Assembly: GCA_963778115.1 (NCBI GenBank)
Contig: CAVZSV010000004.1
Span: forward strand, 2,464,001-2,528,000
Source: an uncultured delta proteobacterium
GTDB taxonomy: Bacteria; Bdellovibrionota; FAC87; UBA2466
Length of the DNA stretch: 64,000 nucleotides
Direction: 5' to 3'
Position numbers and translations under genes: made by a program. Under the pieces are notes generated by a model. The model made no database searches, was not told the origin of the DNA, and saw only the letters and a list, made by a program, of their open reading frames with translations. Below are positions 18,425 through 29,300 of the stretch, piece after piece. Each line of letters begins with the position of its first letter. Positions within the stretch are counted from its first letter, which is position 1.

Positions 18425-19270
18425 ATGACACAGTCTTCTCATTCAGAACAATCTGCCGCGTTAAAAGCCCGGTTAGAGAGCGGGGGAAAGCAAAATCCGT
18501 TTTGGATCTTGGGCCCTTGTGTAATTGAAAATCGAGAGGTCCTAGCCACGGTCGCGACTCGGGTGAAGGCCATTTCAGAGCTGCTTCGAATACCAGTCGT
18601 TTTCAAAGCCTCTTTTGATAAGGCCAATCGGACCTCGCCTTCGAGTTTCCGAGGGCACGGGCTGCAGGAAGGGCTGAAGTTGTTGCAATGGGTGAAGACC
18701 GAGTTCGAACTTCCCATATTGACCGATATTCATGAAAGCGTTCAGGCGGCGACTGTCGCCGAAGTGGCTGATATCTTACAAATCCCAGCTTTCCTCTGTC
18801 GTCAGACGGATCTCTTGCAAGCCGCGGCACAGACCGGGAGATTGGTGAATGTAAAAAAGGGGCAGTTTGTAGCTCCTTCCAATGTGAGCCAAATCCTAGC
18901 GAAACTTCAGAAATTTGGGACCCAGGGTTACTGGATCACGGAACGAGGAGTTACTTTCGGGTACCAGCGGCTTGTCGTCGATTTTGCCGCTTTTCCTGAA
19001 ATGCAGTCGGCGGGAGCTCCCCTTATTCTTGATATCACCCATTCCGTCCAACTCCCTGGAGCCGAGAGTGGGGGAGTCACCGGCGGTATTCGCGATGCAA
19101 TTCCTTACTTAGCGCGCGCGGGAGCTGCCGTGGGAGTTTCGGGTTTCTTTGCCGAAACCCATCCCCGCCCTGAAGTAGCCCTTTCGGACGCCGCGAACGC
19201 TTGGCCTTTGTCTCAATTGGAAGCCCTTATGGCGTCCACGAAAAGGATCGCTGAGGTCTCTCAGTCATGA
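18425..19270 (+). CDS. kdsA: KDO-8-phosphate synthase (metal-dependent type)
   Basis: GPCVIE, KASFDKANRTS, QIPAFLCRQTDL, KKGQF, ERG, DITHSVQ. Confidence 0.96.
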   Translation: MTQSSHSEQSAALKARLESGGKQNPFWILGPCVIENREVLATVATRVKAISELLRIPVVFKASFDKANRTSPSSFRGHGLQEGLKLLQWVKTEFELPILTDIHESVQAATVAEVADILQIPAFLCRQTDLLQAAAQTGRLVNVKKGQFVAPSNVSQILAKLQKFGTQGYWITERGVTFGYQRLVVDFAAFPEMQSAGAPLILDITHSVQLPGAESGGVTGGIRDAIPYLARAGAAVGVSGFFAETHPRPEVALSDAANAWPLSQLEALMASTKRIAEVSQS

Positions 19271-20232
19271 ATTCCGATCTGTTGCTCATTGGTCGTCGGG
19301 CCATTGAAAAAGAGGGACAGGCTCTTTCCGCTTTAGCGCCTACTTTGGGAGACAGTTTTGTCAAAGCGTGCGAACTCATCTTCGCCTGCAAAGGAACCGT
19401 CCTAATGACGGGTATGGGAAAATCCGGTTTGGTAGCGCGCAAATGGGCTTCTACTTTTTCCAGTACGGGGACTAAGGCCTATTTTATCAATCCCGCGGAG
19501 GCCCCTCACGGAGACTTGGGAATTTTGCATGGGGACGATCTCGTGGTGGCGCTGAGCTACAGCGGAGAGACGGAAGAGCTAGGTTATGTATTACGGCACG
19601 CCAAGGAGTTGGGAATTCCAACCATAGGAGTTACCGGAAGCCCTGAGAGTTCTTTAGCTCGACAGACCTCTTTACTTCTATCGGTGCAAGTTTCCGAAGA
19701 GGCCTGCCCCTTGGGACTTGCCCCTACGACTTCGACGACCCTCATGATGGCGTTAGGAGATGCCCTTGCGGTGACCCTCATTCAGATGCGGGGGTTTACG
19801 GAAAACGACTTTGCGAGACTTCATCCTGGCGGATCGCTCGGAAGAAAACTTTGGTTGCGGGTGGATTCTTTGATGCATGCAGGAACTGCGATTCCCAAAG
19901 TGGATCCTCAAGGTTCTTTTGCCCAAGTGTTAATGGAGATGACCCAGAAACGTTTGGGGCTGACAGTAGTGATGGAGGGCGAAGAGATTAGGGGAATTAT
20001 CACTGACGGAGATTTGCGTCGCTATTTTCAACGCAAAGGGGGTAACACCCAAAGCGTTGCCGGTGATCTGATGACAACCCATCCTAAAACGATTTCGGTG
20101 AAAGCACTCGCGGTAGAGGCGCGTGAGGTAATGGAAAATAATAAGATTCACCAGCTTTTGGTGGTGGATTCGCAGGGCAAACTGGTCGGAGTCATTCATC
20201 TTCAAGATCTCTTACGCGCGAAAGTCTTATGA
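19267..20232 (+). CDS. kdsD: arabinose-5-phosphate isomerase (SIS + CBS pair)
   Basis: GMGKSG, HGDLG, EACPLGLAPTTST, HPGGSLG, CBS domains. Confidence 0.95.
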   Translation: MNSDLLLIGRRAIEKEGQALSALAPTLGDSFVKACELIFACKGTVLMTGMGKSGLVARKWASTFSSTGTKAYFINPAEAPHGDLGILHGDDLVVALSYSGETEELGYVLRHAKELGIPTIGVTGSPESSLARQTSLLLSVQVSEEACPLGLAPTTSTTLMMALGDALAVTLIQMRGFTENDFARLHPGGSLGRKLWLRVDSLMHAGTAIPKVDPQGSFAQVLMEMTQKRLGLTVVMEGEEIRGIITDGDLRRYFQRKGGNTQSVAGDLMTTHPKTISVKALAVEAREVMENNKIHQLLVVDSQGKLVGVIHLQDLLRAKVL

Positions 20233-20798
20233 ATTCTCGCTCTGCCATCTTTCTGGATCGCGATGGCACTATTATCGAAGATCAGCATTATCCCAAGGAT
20301 CCTAGCCGCGTTATTTTCTGCCCGAATGCTTCGCAGGGATTGCGGCTTATGTTGGACAAAGGGTATCTGCTTTTTGTCGTGAGCAACCAATCGGGAGTGG
20401 GGCGGGGGCTAATCCGCGATGACGAATTCCGAGCCGTTCACCACCGCTGCGCCGAAATTTTGAAAAATGCGCACATAGAGATTGCCGAATTTATCTATTG
20501 TCTGCACCGGCCCGAAGATGATTGCCAGTGCCGGAAGCCAAAAATCGGTCAGATCCCAAAAACCTTCAAAGGCCAAGCTCTCGATTGGAAGACGAGCTTT
20601 ACCATAGGAGATCGGTTGAGCGATTTGGAATTGGCCGATGCGCTGGGGGCGACGGGGTTTTTAGTCCTTACGGGGAAGGGACAAGAGACGTTGAAATCTC
20701 TGGGTAGAGCCGGGTCTTCCGCTTTGGGGGATACTCCTCGCTACGGCAGCTGCGAAGACCTTTTGGACTTTGCCGAGCAAATCCCTTTGGTGGGTTGA
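20229..20798 (+). CDS. gmhB: D,D-heptose-1,7-bisphosphate phosphatase (HAD-IIIA)
   Basis: FLDRDGTI, VSNQSGVGRG, CLH...CQCRKP, IGDRLSD. Confidence 0.88.
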   Translation: MNSRSAIFLDRDGTIIEDQHYPKDPSRVIFCPNASQGLRLMLDKGYLLFVVSNQSGVGRGLIRDDEFRAVHHRCAEILKNAHIEIAEFIYCLHRPEDDCQCRKPKIGQIPKTFKGQALDWKTSFTIGDRLSDLELADALGATGFLVLTGKGQETLKSLGRAGSSALGDTPRYGSCEDLLDFAEQIPLVG

Positions 20799-20913
20799 AT
20801 TTGGCTTCGAAATAAAATTAATAATTTCAACGGGTAAGATGGTTTATTTTGTCCGTCGTTTGGGCTGACTCCCCTATTGCATAAATCGCCATTTCATCTA
20901 TTCTGTTTGGCCA

Positions 20914-21702
20914 GTGATCGCTCAAATCCATAGAACCACGACAGAATTAGTGCAGTATCGAGAAGTTCTGGCGAACATCTTGTCTCAGCACTTAAAGGTG
21001 AAATACAAGCGTACTTCGCTCGGCTATATCTGGTCGTTGCTAAATCCGGTGCTCCAGCTTGCTGTTTTGACCGCGGTCTTTTCTCATGTGGTCCGGTTGG
21101 ATATGAAGGATTATACCCTTTATCTTTTTTCAGGGCTTCTGGCGTGGACTTTTTTTTCCAACACCGTAAGCACCGCCTCGGTCTCGCTACTTGAGAACGA
21201 AAATTTTATCAAGAAGGTTTACCTGCCCAAACTTATCTTTCCCTTGAGCCGTATGCTTTTGTGCGGAATCGATTATCTTTTTTCACTCGTTGCCCTTAGT
21301 GTTATCGCTGTGGTCCTAGGATTTAAGTTCCATGCTCCGATTTTGTTGCTTCCGTTAGTGATGCTAAACTTTGCCATTTTTGCTTTGGGCTGCGCTTTGA
21401 TCGTGTCGGTGGCGACGGTTTTTTTCAGAGATATTCAATATCTTTTGGGAGTGTTTCTGAATTTGCTCTATTTTGTAACTCCCATTATATATCCGCTTTC
21501 GGCACTTCCTGAAAATTATCGCAAGTGGATGAATCTGAATCCGATGACGGTCCAACTCAATCTTTTCCATCAAGTACTCTACTACGGTCAGGTCCCCACT
21601 CTTGGCGAGTGGTTGCCGGCTATAGCACTTACTGTCGTGGTATTTTTGGGCGGGTTATCCGTTCTTTTTGCCCTTGAGGACGAAGTCGTCTTTCGGATGT
21701 GA
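20914..21702 (+). CDS. wzm: ABC-2 polysaccharide exporter permease
   Basis: KYKRTSLGYIWSLLNP, FFRDI, YFVTPIIYP, LNP; multiple TM helices. Confidence 0.93.
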   Translation: MIAQIHRTTTELVQYREVLANILSQHLKVKYKRTSLGYIWSLLNPVLQLAVLTAVFSHVVRLDMKDYTLYLFSGLLAWTFFSNTVSTASVSLLENENFIKKVYLPKLIFPLSRMLLCGIDYLFSLVALSVIAVVLGFKFHAPILLLPLVMLNFAIFALGCALIVSVATVFFRDIQYLLGVFLNLLYFVTPIIYPLSALPENYRKWMNLNPMTVQLNLFHQVLYYGQVPTLGEWLPAIALTVVVFLGGLSVLFALEDEVVFRM

Positions 21703-21703
21703 C

Positions 21704-22495
21704 ATGAATAGCTGCAGAGAAAGTTTCATCTCTCTTGAACAAGTTTCGGTGCGTTTCCGCAACTATTACGGATCTAGCTCCGGTCTGAAAGAAGCGGTTT
21801 TGCGAAAGATCCGGCCGCCGCAATGGACTAAGAAATTGGGTGCGGATCGAAAAGAGTTTTGGGGGCTTAGAGGCATCGATCTGCAGTTACGGGAAGGTGA
21901 TCGGCTCGGCATTATCGGACGCAATGGGGCAGGTAAGAGCACATTGCTAAAAGTGATCAGCCGTATCTACCGTCCTACGGAGGGTAAAGTAGGAGTGAAA
22001 GGCAGAATTGCCCCTCTAATCGAAATTGGAGCGGGATTTAATCCTGAGTTGTCAGGCCGTGAAAACGCCTTCCTCAACGGCTCCATTTTGGGAATTCCCA
22101 AGAAAACGATCAAAGAGCGGATGGATTCTATAGTGCAGTTTTCTGAACTTGAAGAGTTCATCGACATGCCGATTAAGTACTATTCTACCGGAATGAATCT
22201 CAAGTTGGCCTTTACGCTAGCGACCGAGATTCCTCCGGATATTCTTATTTTGGACGAACTCTATGCGGGAGGAGATGCCGCTTTTATCGGGAAGGCCAAT
22301 GTCCGCCTACAAAATTTTGTGTCGAGCTCCAAAATTCTCATCCTTGTGGCGCACAACTTAGAGTACATCCAACAATTTTGTAATCGGGTGGTCGTGTTGG
22401 ATCACGGTAAGATCGTTGCAGATGGAGATCCCGCGCGAATGATCCAAAAGTATTTGGATTATTGCGGGGGCAATGCTGAGGCCTTTGGTAATTAG
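21704..22495 (+). CDS. wzt: ABC polysaccharide exporter ATPase (no C-terminal carbohydrate-binding domain)
   Basis: GRNGAGKST, GAGFNPELSGREN, YSTGM, LILDE; ends at about 263 aa. Confidence 0.93.
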   Translation: MNSCRESFISLEQVSVRFRNYYGSSSGLKEAVLRKIRPPQWTKKLGADRKEFWGLRGIDLQLREGDRLGIIGRNGAGKSTLLKVISRIYRPTEGKVGVKGRIAPLIEIGAGFNPELSGRENAFLNGSILGIPKKTIKERMDSIVQFSELEEFIDMPIKYYSTGMNLKLAFTLATEIPPDILILDELYAGGDAAFIGKANVRLQNFVSSSKILILVAHNLEYIQQFCNRVVVLDHGKIVADGDPARMIQKYLDYCGGNAEAFGN

Positions 22496-24268
22496 ATGAT
22501 AAACTTTTCGTTCGAACAGTTACGTTCTTTTCCTTGGGCGACTTTGGGTAGACCCGAAGCCCCTGCCGAATTTCTTACCAAGTGTCGTGAGCAACGTAGT
22601 AGAGCCGCGTTTCTCAAAGGACAGCCGCTCTTATCGATTATTGTCCCTTTGTCGAGCTCCTCGGCGCTAGAAAGTTTTTCTCTCACGCTGGAAAGTTTAA
22701 GACAGCAAACCTATCCGAACTGGGAGGCCATTTTTGTAGCGCCTTGCGAAGGGGAATCGAAATCTTTGGAGCTTATTGTCAAATCCCGCTCGGAACCTCG
22801 TTTTCGCTGGGTAGTGGGAAGCGGCTCCGATAGCGCTACTTTAAAGAATGAAGGGCTGACTCATAGTTCGGGAACATGGTGGGGGATAGTGGATCCGGGC
22901 GATGTACTAAGTCCCGCAGCTCTTTACCAGATGGTTCTCGATATGGGCTCATTTCCTGACGTGGATCTTTTCTATTCCAATGAAGCGATCCTTTCTGAGG
23001 ATTTTCGCCGGATAGAGAGCTTCTTAGGAAAGCCCGATTACAGTTGGTTTACCGAAGTTCATCTGAACTACATCGGAAGATTTTGGCTTTTAAAGAAGGG
23101 GAGTGCTTGGAAGAGCCTAAAATTCCAGTCTGCTCTGCAAAGCGCTCACGAACATGACTATCTGCTTCAGTTGACCGAACGAGGAGTTAAGTTTCAGTCC
23201 ATCCCCTTCTATCTCTATTATCGACAGGAGCCCGAGCCGCCGATCGTTGATGATACTAAAGCGGCAGTCGAGCAGCACTTGGCGCGAAAGAATTTTAAGG
23301 CCAAAGTGCGAGTCCAAGAGGAAAATATAAAGATTGCTCCTATGGCGCTTGATGCTTCTGACATCTTAGTCTCCGCGGTCATCTGTTTTCGAGATAAGGC
23401 TCCCTGGACCGTAAATGCTCTAATTACTCTCGTAAAGCAGGCCGGGGATATTCCCTTAGAAATCTTTTTGGTCAATAACCAATCGAAACCTGAGCAGAGA
23501 GCTCTCGTCGAAAAGGCCAGCAAAGACTGTAAGAGACCTACCTACCTCGTCGATTATGATGAGCCGTTTAATTTCGCTCGCATGCACAACCAGGTATTTC
23601 GCGAATGCGCCCACGGCCGCTACTTTTTGTTTCTTAATAATGATGTCGAACTTCAAGGGAAGAATAGTCTTGAGGAGATGGTAGCGTGGGCGCAATTCCC
23701 TTGGGTGGGAACGGTGGGGATGGTTTTACGATATCCCGACGGAGGTCTTCAGCACTCGTCACTTCGTGCGACGTATGGAGGTGAATCGCGCATGGCTCGA
23801 GTCGGGAACTGCCAGCAAGCAGATCGTTATTTGAGCCAGAATAGGGAAGTCTTCGGCAGCACGTTCGCGGCTTGTATGGTGAAACGAGAGACGTTCGAAG
23901 CCATCGGCGGACTGCTCGAGGCCGAGTGTGCGAACGGGTTTGGTGACGTCATATTTAGTTTCGAATGCCTTCGACGTCAGTTGCACAATATCGTATTGGG
24001 GCACATTACCGGTGTGCACCGGGAGAGCGCTTCACGCGGATTGGACTACGAATATTGGGAAGAGTTTGCTGTCGAGCGGCGCTATCCCGACTTGCTGCAG
24101 AAAATGGTTCGTAGCGATCTGGGCGAAAATAGAGTTCCCGGCGGAGATTTCCCCCTGGGAAGCCTTGCTCGTCAAGCGATGAGCCATCAAGTAGCAAGAA
24201 AGTTCCCTTGGATATTACCGATGAAACCACCTCTCAAGAAGGCTCTTAGATGGTTCTCTAGGACGTAA
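22496..24268 (+). CDS. tandem-domain GT2 glycosyltransferase
   Basis: QTYPNWE, KPDYS; second domain FNFARMHN, FLNNDVE. Confidence 0.88.
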   Translation: MINFSFEQLRSFPWATLGRPEAPAEFLTKCREQRSRAAFLKGQPLLSIIVPLSSSSALESFSLTLESLRQQTYPNWEAIFVAPCEGESKSLELIVKSRSEPRFRWVVGSGSDSATLKNEGLTHSSGTWWGIVDPGDVLSPAALYQMVLDMGSFPDVDLFYSNEAILSEDFRRIESFLGKPDYSWFTEVHLNYIGRFWLLKKGSAWKSLKFQSALQSAHEHDYLLQLTERGVKFQSIPFYLYYRQEPEPPIVDDTKAAVEQHLARKNFKAKVRVQEENIKIAPMALDASDILVSAVICFRDKAPWTVNALITLVKQAGDIPLEIFLVNNQSKPEQRALVEKASKDCKRPTYLVDYDEPFNFARMHNQVFRECAHGRYFLFLNNDVELQGKNSLEEMVAWAQFPWVGTVGMVLRYPDGGLQHSSLRATYGGESRMARVGNCQQADRYLSQNREVFGSTFAACMVKRETFEAIGGLLEAECANGFGDVIFSFECLRRQLHNIVLGHITGVHRESASRGLDYEYWEEFAVERRYPDLLQKMVRSDLGENRVPGGDFPLGSLARQAMSHQVARKFPWILPMKPPLKKALRWFSRT

Positions 24269-24329
24269 GAGGAGATCGCAATCGCGATGTGCTTTGACGA
24301 AACGGGTGTCCAAGCGGTTTAATTAGAAT

Positions 24330-24917
24330 ATGAGCGACTACAAAAATCGTCTAGTTAGCAATTTGCAGAGATCGATCTCGGCCAAAGAAAAATTCCTTTC
24401 TGATGGTACGCAGATGGAGAATTTCGAAAAAGCGGTCTCCCTTATCGTAAATGCTTACCGCAACGGAGGACGGCTCTACATTGCGGGAAATGGAGGGTCC
24501 GCCGCGGACGCTCAACATCTAGCCGCGGAGTTCGTCGCAAAACTTGCACGGCCTCGGGCACCACTCGCCGCTGAAGCACTCACCACAGATACGTCGGCGC
24601 TAACTGCGATCGGTAACGACTTTGGTTATGAAGAGCTTTTTGCCCGCCAAATCGCAGGCAAATGCCGAAAAGCAGATGTTTTCCTGGGAATCACCACCTC
24701 AGGGAAATCTCCGAACATTTTACGTGCGTTTGAAACCTGCCGCGAGCTCGGTATCCCCTCAGTTTTATTGGGCGGTTGGACCGGTGGCCCCGCAAGAGCT
24801 CTTGCCGATATCTCTATTCTCGCTCCGGGGGAAGACACGAGTGGGGTTCAAGAGGTTCACATGGTGATTTACCATTCTTTGTGTGGCTGTGTGGAAGCGG
24901 AATTGTTTCCCGTCTAA
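24330..24917 (+). CDS. gmhA: sedoheptulose-7-phosphate isomerase (canonical)
   Basis: GNGGSAADAQHLAAEF, AIGNDFGY, TTSGKSPN, QEVH. Confidence 0.93.
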   Translation: MSDYKNRLVSNLQRSISAKEKFLSDGTQMENFEKAVSLIVNAYRNGGRLYIAGNGGSAADAQHLAAEFVAKLARPRAPLAAEALTTDTSALTAIGNDFGYEELFARQIAGKCRKADVFLGITTSGKSPNILRAFETCRELGIPSVLLGGWTGGPARALADISILAPGEDTSGVQEVHMVIYHSLCGCVEAELFPV

Positions 24918-25225
24918 TTCCTTCGATTGATATCAAAAGTTTTCAGTACTCCCGGCCCGACACACGCCAAGTCATTGGCGTAAGCGGGCGAATCACAAAA
25001 AATGGGTCTTGCTCCGATACAGGCTAGCGAATTGGAATAAGCGGGGGAGTCGCAATAAAGAGGGCGGGAGCCGAGACAAGCGTTGGTGTCGGAGTAATCT
25101 GGAGAATCGCAATAGACGGGGAAGGAAGAAGAGTGAGCTTGATGGGACTTAGCAAGTTTAAGTCCACAACGGGTGAGGAGTCCGGAAACCAGGAAAAGGT
25201 AAAAGAAGATGCGTTTCACGCCCAT
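24914..25225 (-). CDS. small lipoprotein with three Cys-rich 19-aa repeats
   Basis: signal MGVKRIFFYLFLVSGLLTRC, followed by the repeats. Confidence 0.65.
   Translation of the reverse strand: MGVKRIFFYLFLVSGLLTRCGLKLAKSHQAHSSSFPVYCDSPDYSDTNACLGSRPLYCDSPAYSNSLACIGARPIFCDSPAYANDLACVGPGVLKTFDINRRN
24950..25120 (-). repeat. 3 x 57-bp coding tandem repeat
   Basis: PVYCDSPDYSDTNACLGSR / PLYCDSPAYSNSLACIGAR / PIFCDSPAYANDLACVGPG. Confidence 0.9.
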
Positions 25226-25303
25226 TTCTTTAGCAGGTTGCAAATTGCGTTTCAATGGGAGCGGGAATAGCAGAGGAATAACGATGTGATAAAGGTACCT
25301 GCT

Positions 25304-26368
25304 TTAAGCGCCGGCTAAGGCCGCGAACTCCGCTGTGTAACTTAAAATAATCTCCGCATTCTCGATATCATGTAAAGCCAATCCACATGCAGGGGTGTAG
25401 ATCGATTCGGTAAGGAGCTTTGAAAGTTTCTTTCCGGTAAATCCGTTCTCAGTAAGATCAACGAGCAATTGTTCGAACGCGGCTTGGGGCTCGAAGGAAG
25501 AAAGCTCCGCTCCCCCTTTAGCGGTAGGAATGACTCCCAAAGAAAGTCTACCGCCGTCCTTCAAAAATTGTTCCAGAGGGGCTGGTGTTTTCAATAAAGG
25601 GCGAAGTGAAAGTTGATTGTCGATTGAAAGGACGTCTAGATTCAAAGAGAGCACGGCATTCCAATCCGTGTTACTGCAGCAGTGGATTCCCACAAGGGCA
25701 TCCTCTCTTCTCAGGGTCTGAATAAAAAGTTTCAATTCCTGAAGTCCCAGGACATGGCGTGGCTCTGACTTGGAGAAACAATAAAAGCCGGGTTCATCCA
25801 GATAAAAGAGCGCGGTTACCCCCTGAGCATGAAGCTTTCTGACCATCGCCACCGATCTGGCAAGCACCAGTCGAAAGATCTGCATTCCAACTTCGGGAAT
25901 GCGATCCGCCGGAGTTCCGTCCTTGATGCGCAATGCCCATTGGGCGGTCATAGGGCCTGTGATTTGAATCTTGGCAAGTTTCAGTTTTCTTTCGCCTAGC
26001 TCCCACAAAAAGGGACGCCACACGCTGTAAGATTCTGCGGTAGGTTCAAAACTTTCAAAGGGTTTAAAGTCATGTCCCGAATGCGAGAAAGCAGCATCCA
26101 GCTTTTCCCCCAATTCTTGTGAGTCCATTCTCCAACGATCGATATCAAGTACAGCGTCGCCTTTATCGCTTGAAATAAGGCCAGGCAATCCTTCAAGCGC
26201 TTGTGTAATCATGTACTCTCTCGGATTCTTGCGTGGGATCTGAGGGAGAAAGGGAAGTTTCATGCTGAACGAATAGGCCAGTGCCGCATCTAGGTTGTGA
26301 TGGGGAAGACTTCCGATTCCCGTAAACAACGGTGCTTCAGGAGCTAATTTCCACAAGGCTTCTTTCAT
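25304..26368 (-). CDS. single-barrel core methionine synthase-like protein (MetE catalytic domain, MesB-like)
   Basis: TGIGSLPH, KIQITGPMT, LDEPG, GIHCC, LSID, LGVIPT, TPACGL; no folate-binding N-terminal barrel. Confidence 0.8.
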   Translation of the reverse strand: MKEALWKLAPEAPLFTGIGSLPHHNLDAALAYSFSMKLPFLPQIPRKNPREYMITQALEGLPGLISSDKGDAVLDIDRWRMDSQELGEKLDAAFSHSGHDFKPFESFEPTAESYSVWRPFLWELGERKLKLAKIQITGPMTAQWALRIKDGTPADRIPEVGMQIFRLVLARSVAMVRKLHAQGVTALFYLDEPGFYCFSKSEPRHVLGLQELKLFIQTLRREDALVGIHCCSNTDWNAVLSLNLDVLSIDNQLSLRPLLKTPAPLEQFLKDGGRLSLGVIPTAKGGAELSSFEPQAAFEQLLVDLTENGFTGKKLSKLLTESIYTPACGLALHDIENAEIILSYTAEFAALAGA

Positions 26369-29300
26369 CGAGGGGGTTCTCCTGATTCTCCGGTCTGTCC
26401 CACCGAAAAGTAAACGGCCTTAGGGTGATGGAAAACCAACGCCGAAACACTCGCTTCGGGCTCCATCATATCTCCTTCAGTGAGTTTTACGCCTATATCT
26501 AAAGGTCGAAGGATTTGGAATAGCTTCTGTTGGTCTGCCAGATTGGGACAAGCGGGATATCCAAAAGAATACCTTTTTCCGTGGTACTTGGCTTGGAACC
26601 GTTCAAGCATCGTCATCTCTGGTTGATCAGGGAAGCCCCAGATACGCCGGATTTGAGAGTGTAGAAATTCAGCGTAGCCTTCAGCTGACTCTAGAGCCAG
26701 GGCTTGGATGACGTGCGATTTTAAATATTCACCACGGTTCTTGAAATCCTCGGAAACGGCGCGGATGCCTTTGCCGACACTTACCAGAAAAAAGGCAACG
26801 TTATCGTTTTTCGCGAGGTCGAAATCGACGTAATCAGCGAGACAAAGCCTGTGGTCTTTCGCTTGACGGGGAAATTCAAAAGTAACCAGGGGCGACTCAC
26901 CTGATTTCGGATTCCCTTCATACAAATGGATCTTATTGACCTCGGATCGGGCCCGGAAAAACTGCCATACCGCCGACGGCTTCATGTAATGCGTGTTTCG
27001 ATAAGTCTCTTTAAGTTCTTCCACTGCTTCCCAGATAGCATAGGCCTTGGGCTCCGTATCGCGAACCTTGGAAAGAGCGCTTCGATCGTTGGCCGCTTGA
27101 GTGAGCAGACGAACAATATGTCCCTGAATCCCCAGGTGTCTTCCGTACAACATCATGGGGTTGATGAAGGGCCAGATCTGCTCGATCTTGGGCGATTCTA
27201 GCCAGATATGTCTGTCGTAATCTTGCGGCTTCGGGATATTTTCCACACGAGGAACATGGGGCGAACGCACATCGGGGGCTTCCGATCGAATCGGCTGCAC
27301 AGCAGCAGGGGCCACTTCCAATTTCGCTCGCTTGTCAGCCAGCTGCTTCTTGAGAGCTTCGAACTGATCCGGATCAACGATACTCTTGGCCAGATCGAGA
27401 CCCGCCATGGCATCTTGTGCGTAGGCTACCGTTCCGGTGTTATAGACTCGGGCGATTTGGCGATCGACGAAATTTGAGGAAAGGGCGGCTCCTCCGACGA
27501 GGATCGGAGTCGTGATTCCTGCTTTGGCAAAATCGTCTGCAGTGGCCACCATCTGTTGAGCGCTTTTCACTAAAAGCCCCGACAGTCCTACGATGTTGGG
27601 TTTATGTTCGGCGATAGCCCGAATTAGCTCTTCCGGGGGAACTTTGATCCCTAAGTTGACGACATGGAAACCGTTGTTCGACAAAATTATCTCAACTAAA
27701 TTTTTCCCGATGTCATGGACGTCGCCCTTTACTGTGGCGAGTAATACTTTGCCGCGGATGCTGCTCTCGTTTTTCTCCATGAACGGCTCTAGGTGAGCGA
27801 CGGCTGATTTCATAGCCTCCGCCGATTGCAAAACCTCCGCCACAATGAGCTTATTTAAATTAAAGAGACGACCTACCTCGTCCATCCCTTTCATAAGGGG
27901 GCCGTTGATGATCTCAAGAGGACGGCGGGTTTTTAGCGCTTCTGCTAAATCTTCCACCAATCCATCTTTGGATCCTTCGATAATGTAACTAGCTAGTCTT
28001 TCGTCAAGAGGGATAGAGGCTTTGTCTTTTTTTATTTGCAGCTTGCGGTGTCTAAAATGAGCGGCGAAGTTGGCCACGGCGTTTGGATTTCGGTTAAATA
28101 GCAAATCATCGGCGATAGTCTTCTCTTCTTCCGGAATGCTGGCATAGCGCTCTAGCTTTTCCGAATTCACGATGGCGAGATCGAGACCGGCCTGTACACA
28201 GTGGTAAAGAAAAACGGAGTTAAGAACCTCTCGTCCGGCCCCAGGTAATCCGAAGCTAACGTTAGAGATTCCAAGAATCGTTTTGGTGAGGGGAAACTTT
28301 GCTTTAATGAGCCGAATTCCTTCGATCGTTTCGACTGCTGAGCCCACGTATTGGACATCTCCGGTACCACAAGGAAACACCAAAGGATCCCAATAAATAT
28401 CGGTAGGAGAAATTCCGTACTTGCTGGTCAAAAGGTCGTACGACCTTTCGGCTATGGCAAGCTTTCTTCCTCGGGTAACACCCATTCCTTGGGCGGGATC
28501 TTCATCGATCGTCCCCACCACAAGAGCCGCTCCAAATTTCTTGGCGAGCGGAACTACTTTTTCAAAACGCTCTTCTCCATCTTCCAGGTTGATGGAATTG
28601 ATAATGGATTTTCCCTGGCAGTAGGTGAGAGCCATTTCGATAACTCGATCATCGGTCGAGTCGATCATCAGAGGAGCCTTGGTCTTTTTGATGACCATAT
28701 CGAGAAACCGGCGCATGTCTTCAAACTCATCCCGATCGGGATTGGCTAAACAGATATCTATAATGTGCGCCCCATTTTTCACCTGCCCTCGGGCGACTTC
28801 GGCGGCGTCATCAAACTTTTCTTCACAAATGAGAGTCTTAAATTTCTTGCTTCCGATAACGTTCGAACGCTCCCCTACGATTACGGGTCGCATTTCGTCG
28901 GTGATCTCCAAGTACTCGATTCCGGATAGAGAGGATCGGAGGACGGGAATTGCCACTCTTGGTTTCTTACCCTTTGCGAGATCGGAATAGGCCTCGGTGT
29001 GAGCGCAAACGGTTCCGCAGCAGCCGCCAATAAGATTGATCCATCCATGGTCGATAAATCGAGAAAGAACAGCCGACACCATTTCGGGGGTCTCTAAGTA
29101 ACACCCGTTCTCATCCGGTAAGCCGGCATTAGGAACACATGAAACTCGAAAAGGCGAAATGGCGGCAAGCGTACGGATATGGTCCGTCATGAATTCAGGA
29201 CCGGTGGCGCAATTAAGTCCCAAGTAAAGAAGATCAAAGTGGGCGAGGGAGGCAACTAAGGCTTCCACCGTCTGTCCGGCTAGCATCGTTCCCATGGGTT

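Noticed and set aside
20229..20798. kdsC by position after kdsA-kdsD
   Set aside because: Motifs (DRDG, NQSG, CxH..CxCRKP) are GmhB-type, not KdsC
24950..25120. 57-bp periodicity as a CRISPR array
   Set aside because: The units are in-frame coding repeats with synonymous divergence, have no unique spacers and no cas genes are present
25239..25254. sigma54-like TGAAAC-N5-TTGCA upstream of the Cys-repeat gene
   Set aside because: Lacks the invariant GG and lies too close to the start codon
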